A stretch of 62,109 nucleotides of DNA, counting the filler, from Sphacelaria rigidula (taxonomy: Eukaryota), in assembly GCA_964200075.2 (NCBI GenBank). It is 7 parts of 7 records of this genome, joined end to end, with 100 filler letters (N's around TTAATTAATTAA, not from the genome) between each part and the next. Parts side by side here need not be neighbours in the genome. Positions count along the whole stretch, not along the records: positions 1 to 8,788 come from CAXNAA020010098.1; positions 8,889 to 17,676 come from CAXNAA020010099.1; 5 more parts are not named here. One strand, 5' to 3'. The notes below the pieces were generated by a model, which was not told the DNA's origin, did not search any database, and saw only the letters and a list, made by a program, of their open reading frames with translations. Position 1 is the first letter of the stretch; every line of letters begins with the position of its first letter. The translations under genes and the position numbers were made by a program. Of the stretch, positions 1 to 11,391 are shown piece after piece.

Positions 1-378
1 GACACAATCCTGGGGAGCGGTGGATTCTCATTTCAAAATACCTTCTCATTTTTCTGGCAACCCTGTTATTAGTTGGCCGCGTCTCTCAACCGTATACGAG
101 ACTCTCAATCTCACGCAAACATTATTTTATGAAATAGGTGAGGGCAAGACACGATTAACATTCCAATGGTCTCGGGCTATCTCAATTGAATTCGAAAACA
201 GGGATGTCCTGACCCATAATCTTGTGTAGCTCTAGGAACTTCTGAATGAGAAGGGTTTGGGGCCAATTTGGATACCACCCATGGCCCGATGGGTTTTGAC
301 GCCGTACCTCTGACATCGGCTGATGCGCCCACATATACCGAAAGGTGTAGACTGGCGTCCAGAATAGATGAGATGACA

Positions 379-400
379 ACACACACACACACACACACAC
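379..400 (+). repeat. (AC)n microsatellite, possibly a retroposon tail
   Basis: Eleven AC units read directly. Confidence 0.9.
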
Positions 401-504
401 CTCTTTCTCACATGTTCTAACACCCCCCACCGAGATGGAAATATCTCGATACACACGGCAGCTGCAGAGACAAATCAAGTTACTCTGTGTCGATTAAACT
501 TATT

Positions 505-1655
505 GATGATGTTGTTGTCGTCGTCGTTGTTGCTGTTGTAGTTGTCTTCACATTTAAAACGTTCCGATATCTGCGCAGCACATCCGTACTGGGCATCTGA
601 TGCGGACGCCTTCCGTGGTCACGGGCTAGCTACCTATAATAAGGTATGAGGAAGTCAAACAAAAATACAAAAAAAAAAACCAGAAAAAACCACAGACGCG
701 ATACAAGCAAAACAGGAATCAATAATGAAGAAAGAGAATGCATATGGCTAACCTCAAAAGATCCGGTGCTGCAGGTGGCCATTCGGACTTCAGGGGGCGG
801 CGCCCGACTTTCCAACTCGACGCGCGAGGCTAAGTAGAAATGCACACAGAGTCAGACGAAGGGCCAAACTCAAAGCCCGAAGACTCGCAGGGTTTTATCC
901 TTCGACCTCCCGAGGGACAGCCATACGTACAAGCATACTAGGCATATCAAAACAAGCACAGTATGACATAACGACACCCCTCATCGGGGGAGTTCATCCC
1001 CCACCCCCCCTTCTCTGGGTCGTCGTCATTGCTGTGTTGGCTTTGTCGGTGTCCCGTCCAATCGCACGCAGTCGGCTGGCCTCCTCTTCGTTTTTGTACC
1101 ATGAGGTCATGAACCTCTCCGAGCATTCCCGCGTGCCACGGCACCCCCCCCTCCTTCTTCGCTGCTGAGGACCAGAGAACGCGGTCAATTCCGAATGTCT
1201 GACGGCTGTCGTCTGTAAAGACGTCTGTGGCTCCGAAAGCTTGGAGATCGTCCCTCAGGCACTTCAACCAATTTTGTTCCGGGCACCCTGGTCTTGTCCC
1301 CCTCCCCACTAGTGTTCCGAATGCTATCCGCTTCCGTAGTGGTCCGTCCGGTTGTCTAGCCAGGGCTCTCGCGAACAGCAGTCGCCGTTGCCAGACGATG
1401 ACTTCGGTACTCCAGCATCCGGTCTTCTTGAGGGCCTGTGCATACGAAAGCTGTCGGTATGTGCCACGCACTCGGCGGTACCCGATGACTCGCAGGAGGA
1501 GCCGGTAGTGTAACTTTCTCAGCAGGTCGCAGTGTTCGCGGCGTGGGGCCCACGTCATGCATTTGTATCATAGGGCCTCCATCGCCTCCGCTTTCAGCAG
1601 TCGGGCCTTGAATCTCCACGGTGCCTTTTGGTCGGTCAAAGAGCTCCCGGGAGAA
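505..1655 (-). mobile_element. 5'-truncated RTE-like non-LTR retrotransposon: post-RT C-terminus, 3' UTR and (CAA/CGA)n tail
   Basis: KARLLKAEAMEAL*YKCMTWAP...LRKLHYRLLLRVIGY...RRLLFA...RPGCPEQNWLKCLRDDL matches the RTE C-terminus and is homologous to 34936-35380; the 3' box at 545-622 recurs at 36208 and 39867; triplet tail at 505-546. Confidence 0.85.
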
Positions 1656-1848
1656 CTACATCCGTTGGCCCCTTTCACAGCTAGAGTTCTGACATTGAAA
1701 GTGTCTACCATAACAAGTTGACTCTGCTGCCTCGCCCGGGCTACTCGTGCTGTTTTCCTCGCTTACGCCTCGTCCGGCCCCTTCTCCTCTTTTCCCTGCT
1801 CTTTCTTTTCTGTTTTCTTTTAATCGCGTTGTGGACTCTCCGGCTTTC

Positions 1849-2291
1849 AACACGGGATCTTACAAATTGGGGATGGATTTTGTTTTGGGGATGAGAAACC
1901 CGGAGGATTAAAATCTTCGTATCCACACTAAATCTTCGAAATATTGTTCCATTTTTTTCACCGACTGATAGTTTTTGACAACTACTACACGCCATGCACA
2001 TTCGGATCTCGATAACCGAAATTTTGGGGTCCCAGGTGAAAAACCATTTTTGGGGAGTTGTGGGGGTCCAAACGGACGCCAAAAGGGTTCCGAAATTGGT
2101 TTTTCACCTAGGACCGCAACATTTCCGTGATCGAAATCCAAATTTCTATGGCGTGTAGCAGTTGTCAATAGCTATCAGTAGGTGAAAAATGGAATAATAT
2201 TTCGAAGATTTGGTGTGGATACGAAGATTTGAATTATCCGAGTTTTTCATCCCCAAAACAAATCCATCCCCAATTTGTAAGATCTCGTGTT
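1849..2291. mobile_element. Fold-back MITE with arms of about 200 bp
   Basis: AACACGGGATCTTACAAATTGGGGATGGA ... TCCATCCCCAATTTGTAAGATCTCGTGTT; TTTC on both flanks (candidate 4-bp TSD); part of the arm recurs at about 32520-32620 and 34119-34140. Confidence 0.85.
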
Positions 2292-5274
2292 TTTCGCTAG
2301 CCCAGTGCTTGTCCTTTATCACAGGCACGTGCAACTCTCCTGCTCTGTCCGACTCTACTCCTTCCTCGCTCCTGGTGTGCGTACCCACGCAATGTGCAGC
2401 CCTTCCATTCCTGTCTAGGCTGTCCCCACTGCGCTCTCCGGTGCTGCATAGCTCCGATGTCCACATCAGTGCTTTGACTTTTAGCCGCATGCCGCCGCCG
2501 AGTTGTTCGGAAACGAAGCACACGCCACTCTCGCGATCGTGTTGCTTCTTATCTTCTGAACATGGTCTCCCCGTCGATACGATGCTCGGGCTTGTGTCTC
2601 CGCCGTCATTGGATAGTCTTCGGGTGGTGATCTAAGATCACAGGCTGACTTCTGCCCACCCCAGTATTGGCAGTCGGGGAAAGGGGGCGGTATCTGAAAA
2701 ATCTAGCGCGGTATGAGCTACACTGTTGTGTCTCACCACTGTTTCTCCTATCACCCTAATTCAGAGTCCACGTCGACACGATGCTCGGGCTCGTGTCCCC
2801 CGCCTTGCCCTGCTCCGCCGTCGTTGGTTTGGTGGTCTTTGTGTGTGGTCTAAGATCACTGGCGATCCTTGGCCTATCCTATCAGGGGGCAAGCCAGGAG
2901 GGGAGCTTGAGCTTATCATGCCCACCAATCCTCCAGTTTCTGGCGGTGGAGACCCCATGTCGCAAATGAAACGAAGTGGGTAAAGTGAAGACCATCTACT
3001 ACAGATACTGCACTATTCCGACACTCACAATTGAAGCAATCTTGGTCTTGAACGACGTCTAGTAGCTAGTTGCACCTGCCTGTTGAGTTTTGACTTGGTT
3101 ACATTCGCCAGTGGTCAGTAATCTTCCCTGCTTCCCAATGCTGTTCCATCGTGTGTCAGGCGGGTACATTGGAAAATGAAATATTCGCTTGCACAAACAG
3201 TAACGACTTTTTAAAGGGGGTATCCGTCGCTGGTTTGTGAGTTGTACAGAGTAGAATTTTGCCATACAGCGATGGGAACGTAGCTTCAGATACATACTAC
3301 AGCCATGCGTCGCTTTCAGTGTAATCTTACCCTCTGTCCACTTCATTCCGTTGCGTCTTCAATTTTGGGGTGGTGATGTGGAACGTGACACTAACCCCCG
3401 TGTAACACTGCTACTCGGTGCTGCATGCTGCGTGGTACCAGGGGAATGCTTCAGAAAATAACTCAAGTATGCGGTACGTCCAGCCGTCGATTTGCGGCAA
3501 TTTGCACCGTTTGGTATCCGTTTCGTAATTTGTGTAGAGCGCAAATACCCTACTAGATCTGAGTGTGTGACGCTGTGCCTGCGATCATCATGAGGGTGCT
3601 GTGTGCTGCGATGTTATCATCATGTGCAGTCATGTCGAGCGGAGATACTGGAAGCAACTGGCAGGCTGGGGCCAATGGCAGCGACGATGGTGTCCGGTTC
3701 TTGCCACTGTCAGTTCAACTCAACAACGGCGTTTCAAGTGAGGAAGCGAAGAGAGCATCGACAGCGATAGTATTCGAAATGTAATAGTGAGCGGTAAAGC
3801 GGAGTGCCGTACGTGACGAACTGGTAACTAAGGTTGATCGGGAAAATATACATGCACCCGGGTGCACCATCGAACTTCATGCGCACCCTGTCGACACTGC
3901 ACCCCCAGGTTGGCAACATTTTGTGTGCCACAGCTAGAGTGTTTCACGTGAATCCTCCCTGTGTTGTATATCAGCACGCAGCACATTACAGCTGCAGTCA
4001 TTTCAGTACTGTACACAGTTGCAGTACACCCAAACAGACAGCACTCACGTTGAACATTCAACCGGAAGCTAGTTTGAGAGCAAGGTTCGATTTCTACTGT
4101 GAAGGCACAAATTAGCTGAATTTCATGACCCCTCGTTGGTCGCCAGGTTGACTGTATCCGTTTTGTTTCCCAGGGTTTTCTGTTCCGAAACTCAGACCTC
4201 GGACAGTCCCTCCAGTTCTAATGGTACCCACTTCAGACGTACGTTATCGCCATGAGGGCCTACATAAACGGGACCCAAGGAGTAGTACATCTCTCAGGCA
4301 ATGCACCGCCCGCCCCCTCCCCATTTTAGCGCTTTTTGGACATTGGTAGAAAACCACCAATAGTGTGAAAGTCAAGGCGGCTACATTACAGTGTTGTTCC
4401 TTTTCAGTGTTATGTGGGTATTTTATAACGATTATAAGTCATCCTCCGCGGCGTCAATTGGAGACAGTCGTGCTCCAAGGCCAAAAAAATACCGAGACGA
4501 GGGGGGTAGACGTCCTTGGAAAAGAGGTGTCCAAATCAGCTCGGATACATGACGCTACAGACCTGCGCCGTCGCATTTGGCAGCCGGATGGGAAACGATG
4601 CGTTTCACCGTGAAGGGGGGAAGCATTTAGTGTAGGATACGTATCCCGACACGGTAATACCCAACGAAGCAGTGTCTTCGTGACAGTACAACGAGTACTT
4701 TAGTTCCGACTGTAAGATGCGAGCCATGCCTCGGCAGAGCTGGAATACCCGTGATCCATCCGTGAAATGCTTTAAATTACAACACTCCGTCCTATTCAGC
4801 AACCAAGTGAGCTAGGCAACCAGGCTACCGACTTTTCAAGCGCTTTCGTTTTTTGCGGTAACCATGATAGTAGTCGAGCTAGATTCGATTGTGCGGGTGA
4901 GAGAACCTCAATTCCTCGCAAGAGGGATGATCATATTACGTGGTGTTTAAATAGTGAGACACCCATGAGGGAGTGTATGAGCCGCTGTCTCTGGAAGTGG
5001 CGATACCAGAAAATGAAACAACTCATTGGAAGCTGTCATCCAAAATGCAAGATAATCAGCAGGTTACAGGCCGAACAATCTCAGCAGGACGCAGCTCACC
5101 CTTCACGCGACTCGCCGAACACATCACGGCGCTTAGCGCTTGGTGATTGATTGCGAGCCTGGTGCGGCGAAAACCGGCGTGTTCCGTCCCGGCTTTGTAG
5201 GGATGGGAGATCAATGGTCATATGACTATGGCATCCAAGATCATGAGTACACCCCCCCCCCCCGCAGATCTACA

Positions 5275-5859
5275 CGAGCTGGGCCAGCCGGCGGTGCTAA
5301 CTTTGAGGAGCTGAGCGCTGAAATTTGGACACGACATTTTTATCACCAACACGCGCAACATTTCTCGGGATGCGAAGAAAAAAATGAAACAGAATTGTTG
5401 AAGCGATTTTAATTGTAATCAGAAACTGGAAACATGTACGAGTAATAACTCTGTCAAAAAAGCGAAGAGCGGCCGCATCCCTGGAAATGTTGTACATACT
5501 TGCGTGCAGGAGATCCTGGGAAAAGTTCGGCCAAAAATCCTCAAGTTGGGCTCAGCCTGGCACTTTTTGTGTGACACCGCTGTGCGCCTGCAATCCAAGT
5601 GATACAGGAGATTCCAGCGATGAGGTCACGAGTTCGAATCCCGACAGATCCTCTTTTTTTCGCAAAATCTGGTTCTGTCGTGAAGGTAATATATTGTGCA
5701 GTACATTTGTTTTCATTATTTTTTCCGTGTTGGCGACAGAGCGTGCATGGCTAGGTTGGTCTGCAGTTCACAGCGATATGCTTAAATCGACCTGATTCGG
5801 GAAACTTGAGAAGCTATTGTGTGATGTGCGTTTGTACGTTTCACGGCTGGCCCAGCTCG
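5275..5859. mobile_element. Tc1/mariner-type non-autonomous element (CGAGCTGGGCCAGCC TIR family)
   Basis: Perfect 16-bp TIR; TA on the right flank (CA on the left); same TIR at 35877, 37164, 41578 and 61730. Confidence 0.8.
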
Positions 5860-7069
5860 TAGTCTCCGCAAATCCATTCGCAGTGTTGTAGCACCGATAT
5901 CTGCTACCTGAAAATCGGTCAGAAATGGTACTTACGTCACGGTTAGCTGTACAATTTCAGCAATGCGAACGTATGGTCGGTTCAGTGTGTCGCGAGGGGG
6001 AGCAACAACCGCCACAGCCCCTTTGGGTAGCGCTTGGTGCAAGTCGCAGTATAGGTTCTGCATCAGAAGGTCGAATCCGGAAGGATCTTGCGCGACAGCT
6101 GTGAACTGAACCGCCGGTTGGGCATGTTGAAGGATGCCGTGATTGAGGGCGCCATGTGCCGGTGCGGCCGAATTCTTGCGATTGCGACCAGGGTTGTAGA
6201 AGTACGCAAACTTCCTTATCTGGGTGATACCACCGCAGTTGATGAGGCGCGCCAAGTTGTATCGCAAGCGTTGCACCTGCAAGTACTTCATCGCAGGCCG
6301 AAGCAGCGGGCGCGCCGCCAATAACGTCAACTGGCGTCCCTCCAGGGCCGACAGACGAGGCCAGGGCCAGGCTCTCGCGAGCAGCCTTCAACACGAAGAA
6401 GAGGCCGTGTCGCAAGCTGAGGGCGCCTAGCTCCGCCTGGACATACTCCGGGAGAAGCTGAGAGTTTGTCGCTCGAGTGTTTTGCAAAAGAAGTACGAAG
6501 GAAATGACCGTGAGATCACACGAGTACCCATCTAATGTTAGAGGTCGGCCACGTCATATTTTTGTTGTCAGGGAAAGAGGGCAAACCGCAATCTCATTTT
6601 GACACCCAAAATTTCATTCGAAAACGTAAATCGTATGCTGGAGTACCTGTAAATATCGCGCGGGAACCCGCAAGGCTTGCGCAAGTAAACGGCAGCGTCT
6701 TGATCGGCATACATCTGCCCTGTCCAGACCATTGAAGATGCAGCCGTGATCGCTGTAGGAAAACCTTTGCTAAGGTCCGCTGTAGGGCAATACCCCTGGG
6801 CATGATGCCTACGGCGAAGCTCGACCAAGTCCTGCGGGTAGTGACGGACATGATCGGGAAGCGTAGGTAAGAATACCCTCCTCGGGTGGTCATGATGGTA
6901 CGTTAGGAGGCCTCATAACATTACAACCGAACCCCCTCACTTTCAGACGTGGAAGGTGCTGGAAGGCACGGTCGATCCGACCCTGAGTAGCATCTCTCTC
7001 TTCGGCTCCCGAAAGATATCGGACAACTCCACAACAGTTCGTTTGACAGTTGTCATCCTTAGGGATCAC

Positions 7070-7070
7070 G

Positions 7071-7104
<34 letters not shown>

Positions 7105-7124
7105 GGTGGTGTGTGTGTGTTGTT
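7070..7124. repeat. (GTT)n/(GT)n microsatellite
   Basis: Read directly; explains the poly-Q and poly-C ORFs. Confidence 0.9.
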
Positions 7125-8788
7125 GACGGAAGGAGGAAACCTGATCCAACACTCACCCCGCAAGCGGATTCGTGTTCCGATTATCCGGAGGATGGGCTAG
7201 ACCGCCTCGAGACAGTGGTGTGGGGTAGGCGCCTCGAGCGTTCGCAAGCTTTGCTCAAGGCAGCGTGGAGCTCGCACCCACTAAAACCCCCTATCAACTT
7301 GGCGTAGTGCGTGCGCCGCCATGCTCTTATGAGCTTAGGCCCTACGGAGGTGTTTTTCGTGTTGGACTTCAGTTCTGAATTTCTTACCCAGCCCTCCATT
7401 GGTTTGAAGCCATACACTACGGATATTCCGAACATATTCCCAGTTGACAACATCGACAGCGGGTGGGTGGTCCTCCATGTTTTTTCTCGCCTGGACGTTG
7501 ATGTGACGCAGTGCGCATGTGTTCCCTTTCCGGAGTGGAGACATGCCCGTATCTCGGTACAGTTTCCTGCGTGAGTTGAAAATCCTGCCGGTGGGAGCAT
7601 CCTCACGCCAGGCATGTCAAGGTGCGGGATGCTGGAGGCTGCGTTCGTCAGCGCCACCCCAGAGCGTGCATAACCCTCTGGAGTCCGATGACCGCTTTTG
7701 GGGGCTTTGCCGATCGCTTTGGTAATCAGCATGGAGCCCAGCGATCCCCAACAACTGTTGCAGTGGTTGCTGAGGTTTCATGTCACCCGATACCGACGCG
7801 AACGGAAATTCAGCTCTCACATTTCCCCCCGTGGACACGGCCAGCCGTGTTGTTGCATTTAATATACCTCCGACACGTGTACTTACGGAAAAAAACGAAT
7901 TGGGGCGAAATGAGGAGGGAGAATAACGCTCAGTTGTATTTTTCTCAGTTGTATTTTCAGTTGTATTTTTTTTTCGCCCTGATGCCCACCGAATACGATC
8001 TCCATCTTTTTGCTACACTAGTTTGTTTCGTGCATTTCACCACCCCAAATGGTCTACGTAATAATGAGCACCCGTGGTGCTTGTTGAGCAATATTTCGTA
8101 CATGCCTCATTGTTGCTGGCGCAGAGTTGGCGCACGCCGCGATTTCTCTGAACCAAGCAATGATGGTTCCTCCTCGCCACTGGGTTTCGCATACATTTCC
8201 CGCTGTAATCAAACTTTGTTGAAGCGGCGGGGCGAAGTGCACACCCTCGAGGACGATGGGTGGCCGTATTTTACGCGTGGTCGGACTCCGCATTCCCGGT
8301 GCATGTGCGGGAAGAAACCTCATTATCCTTGGTGGCAATTTCAGGGTGTGATGTGCTGTCCGTACATGAGAGTGTAACGACGTAGTGCGGCGCACCACAG
8401 TACACCGCAGGAACTCGCAGAATCATGTGTATCTTTTTTATTGTACAGTGCAGAAGAACTGAGAGAGTACATGTGGTGCGTTACAAGCCAAGGTGGAGCA
8501 GATTTAAGCCCAACCCAAATCTAGAAGAGTCGTTCCATTGACGAGGTTGATGAAAAACTGGCACATGTTATCCTGACGCAAATATCGTGGTCCCCAAATC
8601 ACCAAGTTCCCTTTCGCGTCGTGGTGCGGCGTAGCTTAAGCGTAATAGATCTCCTTGGCATCAAAAGGGGAGTTGACGCCGAGGGAGGGGGAGGGGTGTA
8701 CTCATGATCATGCATGCCATAGTCATAAGACCATTGACATCGCATCCATACAATGCCGGGAAGGGGCACGCCGGGTTTTCGCCGGATC

Positions 8789-8888
8789 NNNNNNNNNNNN
8801 NNNNNNNNNNNNNNNNNNNNNNNNNNNNNNNNTTAATTAATTAANNNNNNNNNNNNNNNNNNNNNNNNNNNNNNNNNNNNNNNNNNNN
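8789..8888. other. Artificial contig linker (44 N + TTAATTAATTAA + 44 N)
   Basis: 100-bp spacer whose core places stops in all frames; identical at all six junctions. Confidence 0.98.
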
Positions 8889-9040
8889 TGGGGTGGTCCA
8901 TATGAAAGTCATTTGCCATGAATTTAGGTCAGGGAAAGCACGGCTTTTGAGTCGAACCTCATTTTTTTCAACCTCATTTTCGAGAACCCACTGCTCCCTG
9001 TTACTTGATGGCTCTTGAGAGAGATGTGGGAAAACGGCTG
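8889..9040 (-). mobile_element. End of a CAGCCG-terminated repeat, broken at the contig edge
   Basis: 8931-8985 is the reverse complement of 26505-26563 at the end of contig 3; a related CAGCCGATTTT start lies at 35390; ends in CGGCTG followed by TA. Confidence 0.6.
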
Positions 9041-9205
9041 TATCGATCGAAAGCTTGGCACGTGTGTTGTGCGCAACCCAATTTGACGGAATCATATAAG
9101 TGGTTCAAAACTATGTCCACGTAGTAGTAAAGTAGTTCTGCCTTTATTTGATGTACCAATCAGCCACGTTATGTGAATGACGTATAAACCGGTTGATAGG
9201 CCCAC

Positions 9206-9352
9206 CTGTAACCGCTGCAGCCTCTCCTGCCTAACACGTTCCTCCGCCATTCGGCGCTGCGTCTCTCGATCATCGGCAGACACCCGCACTGCCGTGACCG
9301 AATCGATTCCACTCCCTTTCTTCTTGTCCAAGTGGGCCAGGGAGTCCGCCAC
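9206..9352 (-). CDS. DRC1: Dynein regulatory complex protein 1 (CCDC164), exon 2; the gene continues off the contig
   Basis: TTGCAG acceptor and CAG|GTGGGC donor, 49 codons; VADSLAHLDKKKGSGIDSVTAVRVSADDRETQRRMAEERVRQERLQRLQ carries the DRC1 'V(S/T)xVRVAxDDRExxRRxxEE' motif. Confidence 0.85.
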
Positions 9353-9769
9353 CTGCAACGAGGAAAAACGAGAAAAATAGTAAGTACTAAATAAGGCCCC
9401 GTGATGAATGAATGCTATGTGAAGAACTGCCACGCGTCATATATGTGAGGAAGGGTGCCATGACTGTTGTGCAAATTCGACGGTTTTGACGTAGAATTGG
9501 CAGCCTCGTGGTATACGGCCAAGGGCTTATGTCGGAGGGCTGATCACTAGCCGTTATGTCGACCGAGTGGCAAAGGGCGGACGGACTACCTACTGTAGCG
9601 AGTTGGGAGTGTCCACATGTTCGAGAGCAACACATGTTTTCCCGGTGCGTGGATATACACCGGGAAGGACGAGAGGGGTACGGAGAAAGGGAGAGGGAGA
9701 AAAACAATCGCCATGGTATTTGTCCAATTGATCAACCGCCGGGCATACATATATATATATATATACATA

Positions 9770-10357
9770 CTTCCTCTGTCCCGTAAGTCTGTATCGTTAT
9801 GTTTGTACGAGCCCTTAACGATGTCCGATTTGATTTTCGATTTTTTGGTTACATTCGTTGGCGTTTTTTGAGCTAGAAATAACACTCTTCCTACAACGTG
9901 GGTGCTTGACCCGTGCAGCATCGCGGCCAAGAAAAAGGTAGGTCGGTCAAAATATGGCCTTTCTTCGCTCTTTTTCTCGTTTAAGCATAGGAGACCCGGG
10001 AATCGCGAAAAATTGTGAAAAAAAATGTGAAAACCGCAAAACCAGCACTGATTTGGATATCTCCGTGACGTTAATCTGCGCACGCCCCATCAAACAAATT
10101 TTCAGCATGTAATCGCGAGTGCTCGACGTAAAAGCGTCCAAAATCGGTCAACATCGGGGTATAAGTGGACCAAAAAGGGCCAAAATGGGGTACGTTTTGA
10201 AACAATTTTAGTATTGAAAACAAGTTTTTTTTTGTTTTTAGTCAGCTTCGTCTGCGCGTTATCTCTCTAACGAGCCAAACTGTAGGATAATCTTGAGCGT
10301 TGAAATACCCAAACGATTAAACGTCCATGACGATACAGACTTATGCGACAGAGGAAG
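9770..10357. mobile_element. Stowaway-like (Tc1/mariner) MITE in DRC1 intron 1
   Basis: TA|CTTCCTCTGTCCCGTAAGTCTGTATCGT ... ACGATACAGACTTATGCGACAGAGGAAG|TA; inserted in a (TA)n tract. Confidence 0.85.
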
Positions 10358-10453
10358 TATATATATTTCCACGATTCAACGGTCTAGTGATGCCCAAACG
10401 TCCTCCAGGCAATCCTCACCCGTCAGCTCGCGAAGAGCTCTTCGTCTCTTTGT

Positions 10454-10710
10454 GACACTTTCTACGATAGCCCCCCCCCCGAAAAAGTGCAAGTTTTGGG
10501 GGGGGAATATCTCCACGTGAATCGAAATGGGAAAAGCCGAGCACAACGAGCAGCTGGGAATTCCCACGCTTGGGTTCACTCTAGCCAATGTCGCCAATAT
10601 GAAGCGCTTTATGCAGCCTGAACACAAACATCAGGCGCTATATGGCCATTATTTTAGTGACACTGTTGGGCTTTTGGGGGGGGGGAGGGGGGGGTATCGT
10701 AGAAAGTGTT
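10454..10710. mobile_element. MITE with ACACTTTCTACGATA TIR and poly-C/poly-G subtermini
   Basis: Perfect 15-bp TIR (10455, 10709); TTGT one base outside the TIR on both sides. Confidence 0.75.
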
Positions 10711-11205
10711 TTGTCGCGTGCTTAGGTCAACCCTATTTGTTCGCTACGACACTTGGCGACTCGAAATTCAGGTGGTCCGTGGTATTCTGTATTGTCCGCG
10801 CTAATTCTGACACGCATTTCCTCATGCATTTGATGGAGCGATTATAGCCATCCCATGGGTAGGCGGGGAATACAATTCAATGCCCAAGACAACGGGGTTC
10901 GTGGGTGTGATGCATAGCGGCGTGCTCAATTGTGAGTTCGAGGATTTTCGCGGGGTAAAGCGTCGTCGTAAAGCAACCGACATGGGGCTGAACACCTATA
11001 GTGAAGCCATTCTAAGTACCCTTGACTGCATCAAGCAATGTCTCAGAGATACTAATTTCGGGTCATATTTGGCCACTCTCCCGTCCCCACGGGACGGCTC
11101 CTCAGACAATGTTTTTGTTCACCATTTCTTCGAATCGGGCACTTCCTCACGGGCAAGAGTAGTACCGTCAGTAACGAATCATGATGAACTATCTTCAGTG
11201 CTCAC

Positions 11206-11391
11206 CTGCTGTTGGCTGACGCTGCAAGATGCAGTCTCCTCATCGTTCTTAGACGTGTCCATTCCATCTTTGTCCTGGGCGGCGATCGCGCGCTCAACGC
11301 GCGCCCTCCTCACCCTTTTTCGCTCTTCTTTGTCCGGCAAGTTGGTCGCGAACTCCAGATTGTCTCGGTTCTTCGCTCGTAGTGGCGCCAT
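11206..11391 (-). CDS. DRC1: Dynein regulatory complex protein 1 (CCDC164), exon 1
   Basis: MAPLRAKNRD...DKEERKRVRRARVERAI...SQQQ, 62 codons, ending at CAG|GTGAGC; matches the DRC1 N-terminal 'ERIxARRxRI' segment and joins exon 2 in phase 0. Confidence 0.8.

Noticed and set aside
5140..5250. SET-domain-like GDQWSYDYG
   Set aside because: No upstream NHS motif and no clear exon boundaries
6200..6240. J-domain HPDK motif in ORF 5957-6487
   Set aside because: The flanking J-domain helices are absent; likely a chance tetrapeptide
7622..8377. 251-aa ORF as an intact gene
   Set aside because: It crosses an AT-rich CAGTTGTATTTT triplication, has atypical composition and shows no recognisable motif
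8833..8844. TTAATTAATTAA as a recurring biological motif
   Set aside because: It is always centred in N runs and is an assembly linker
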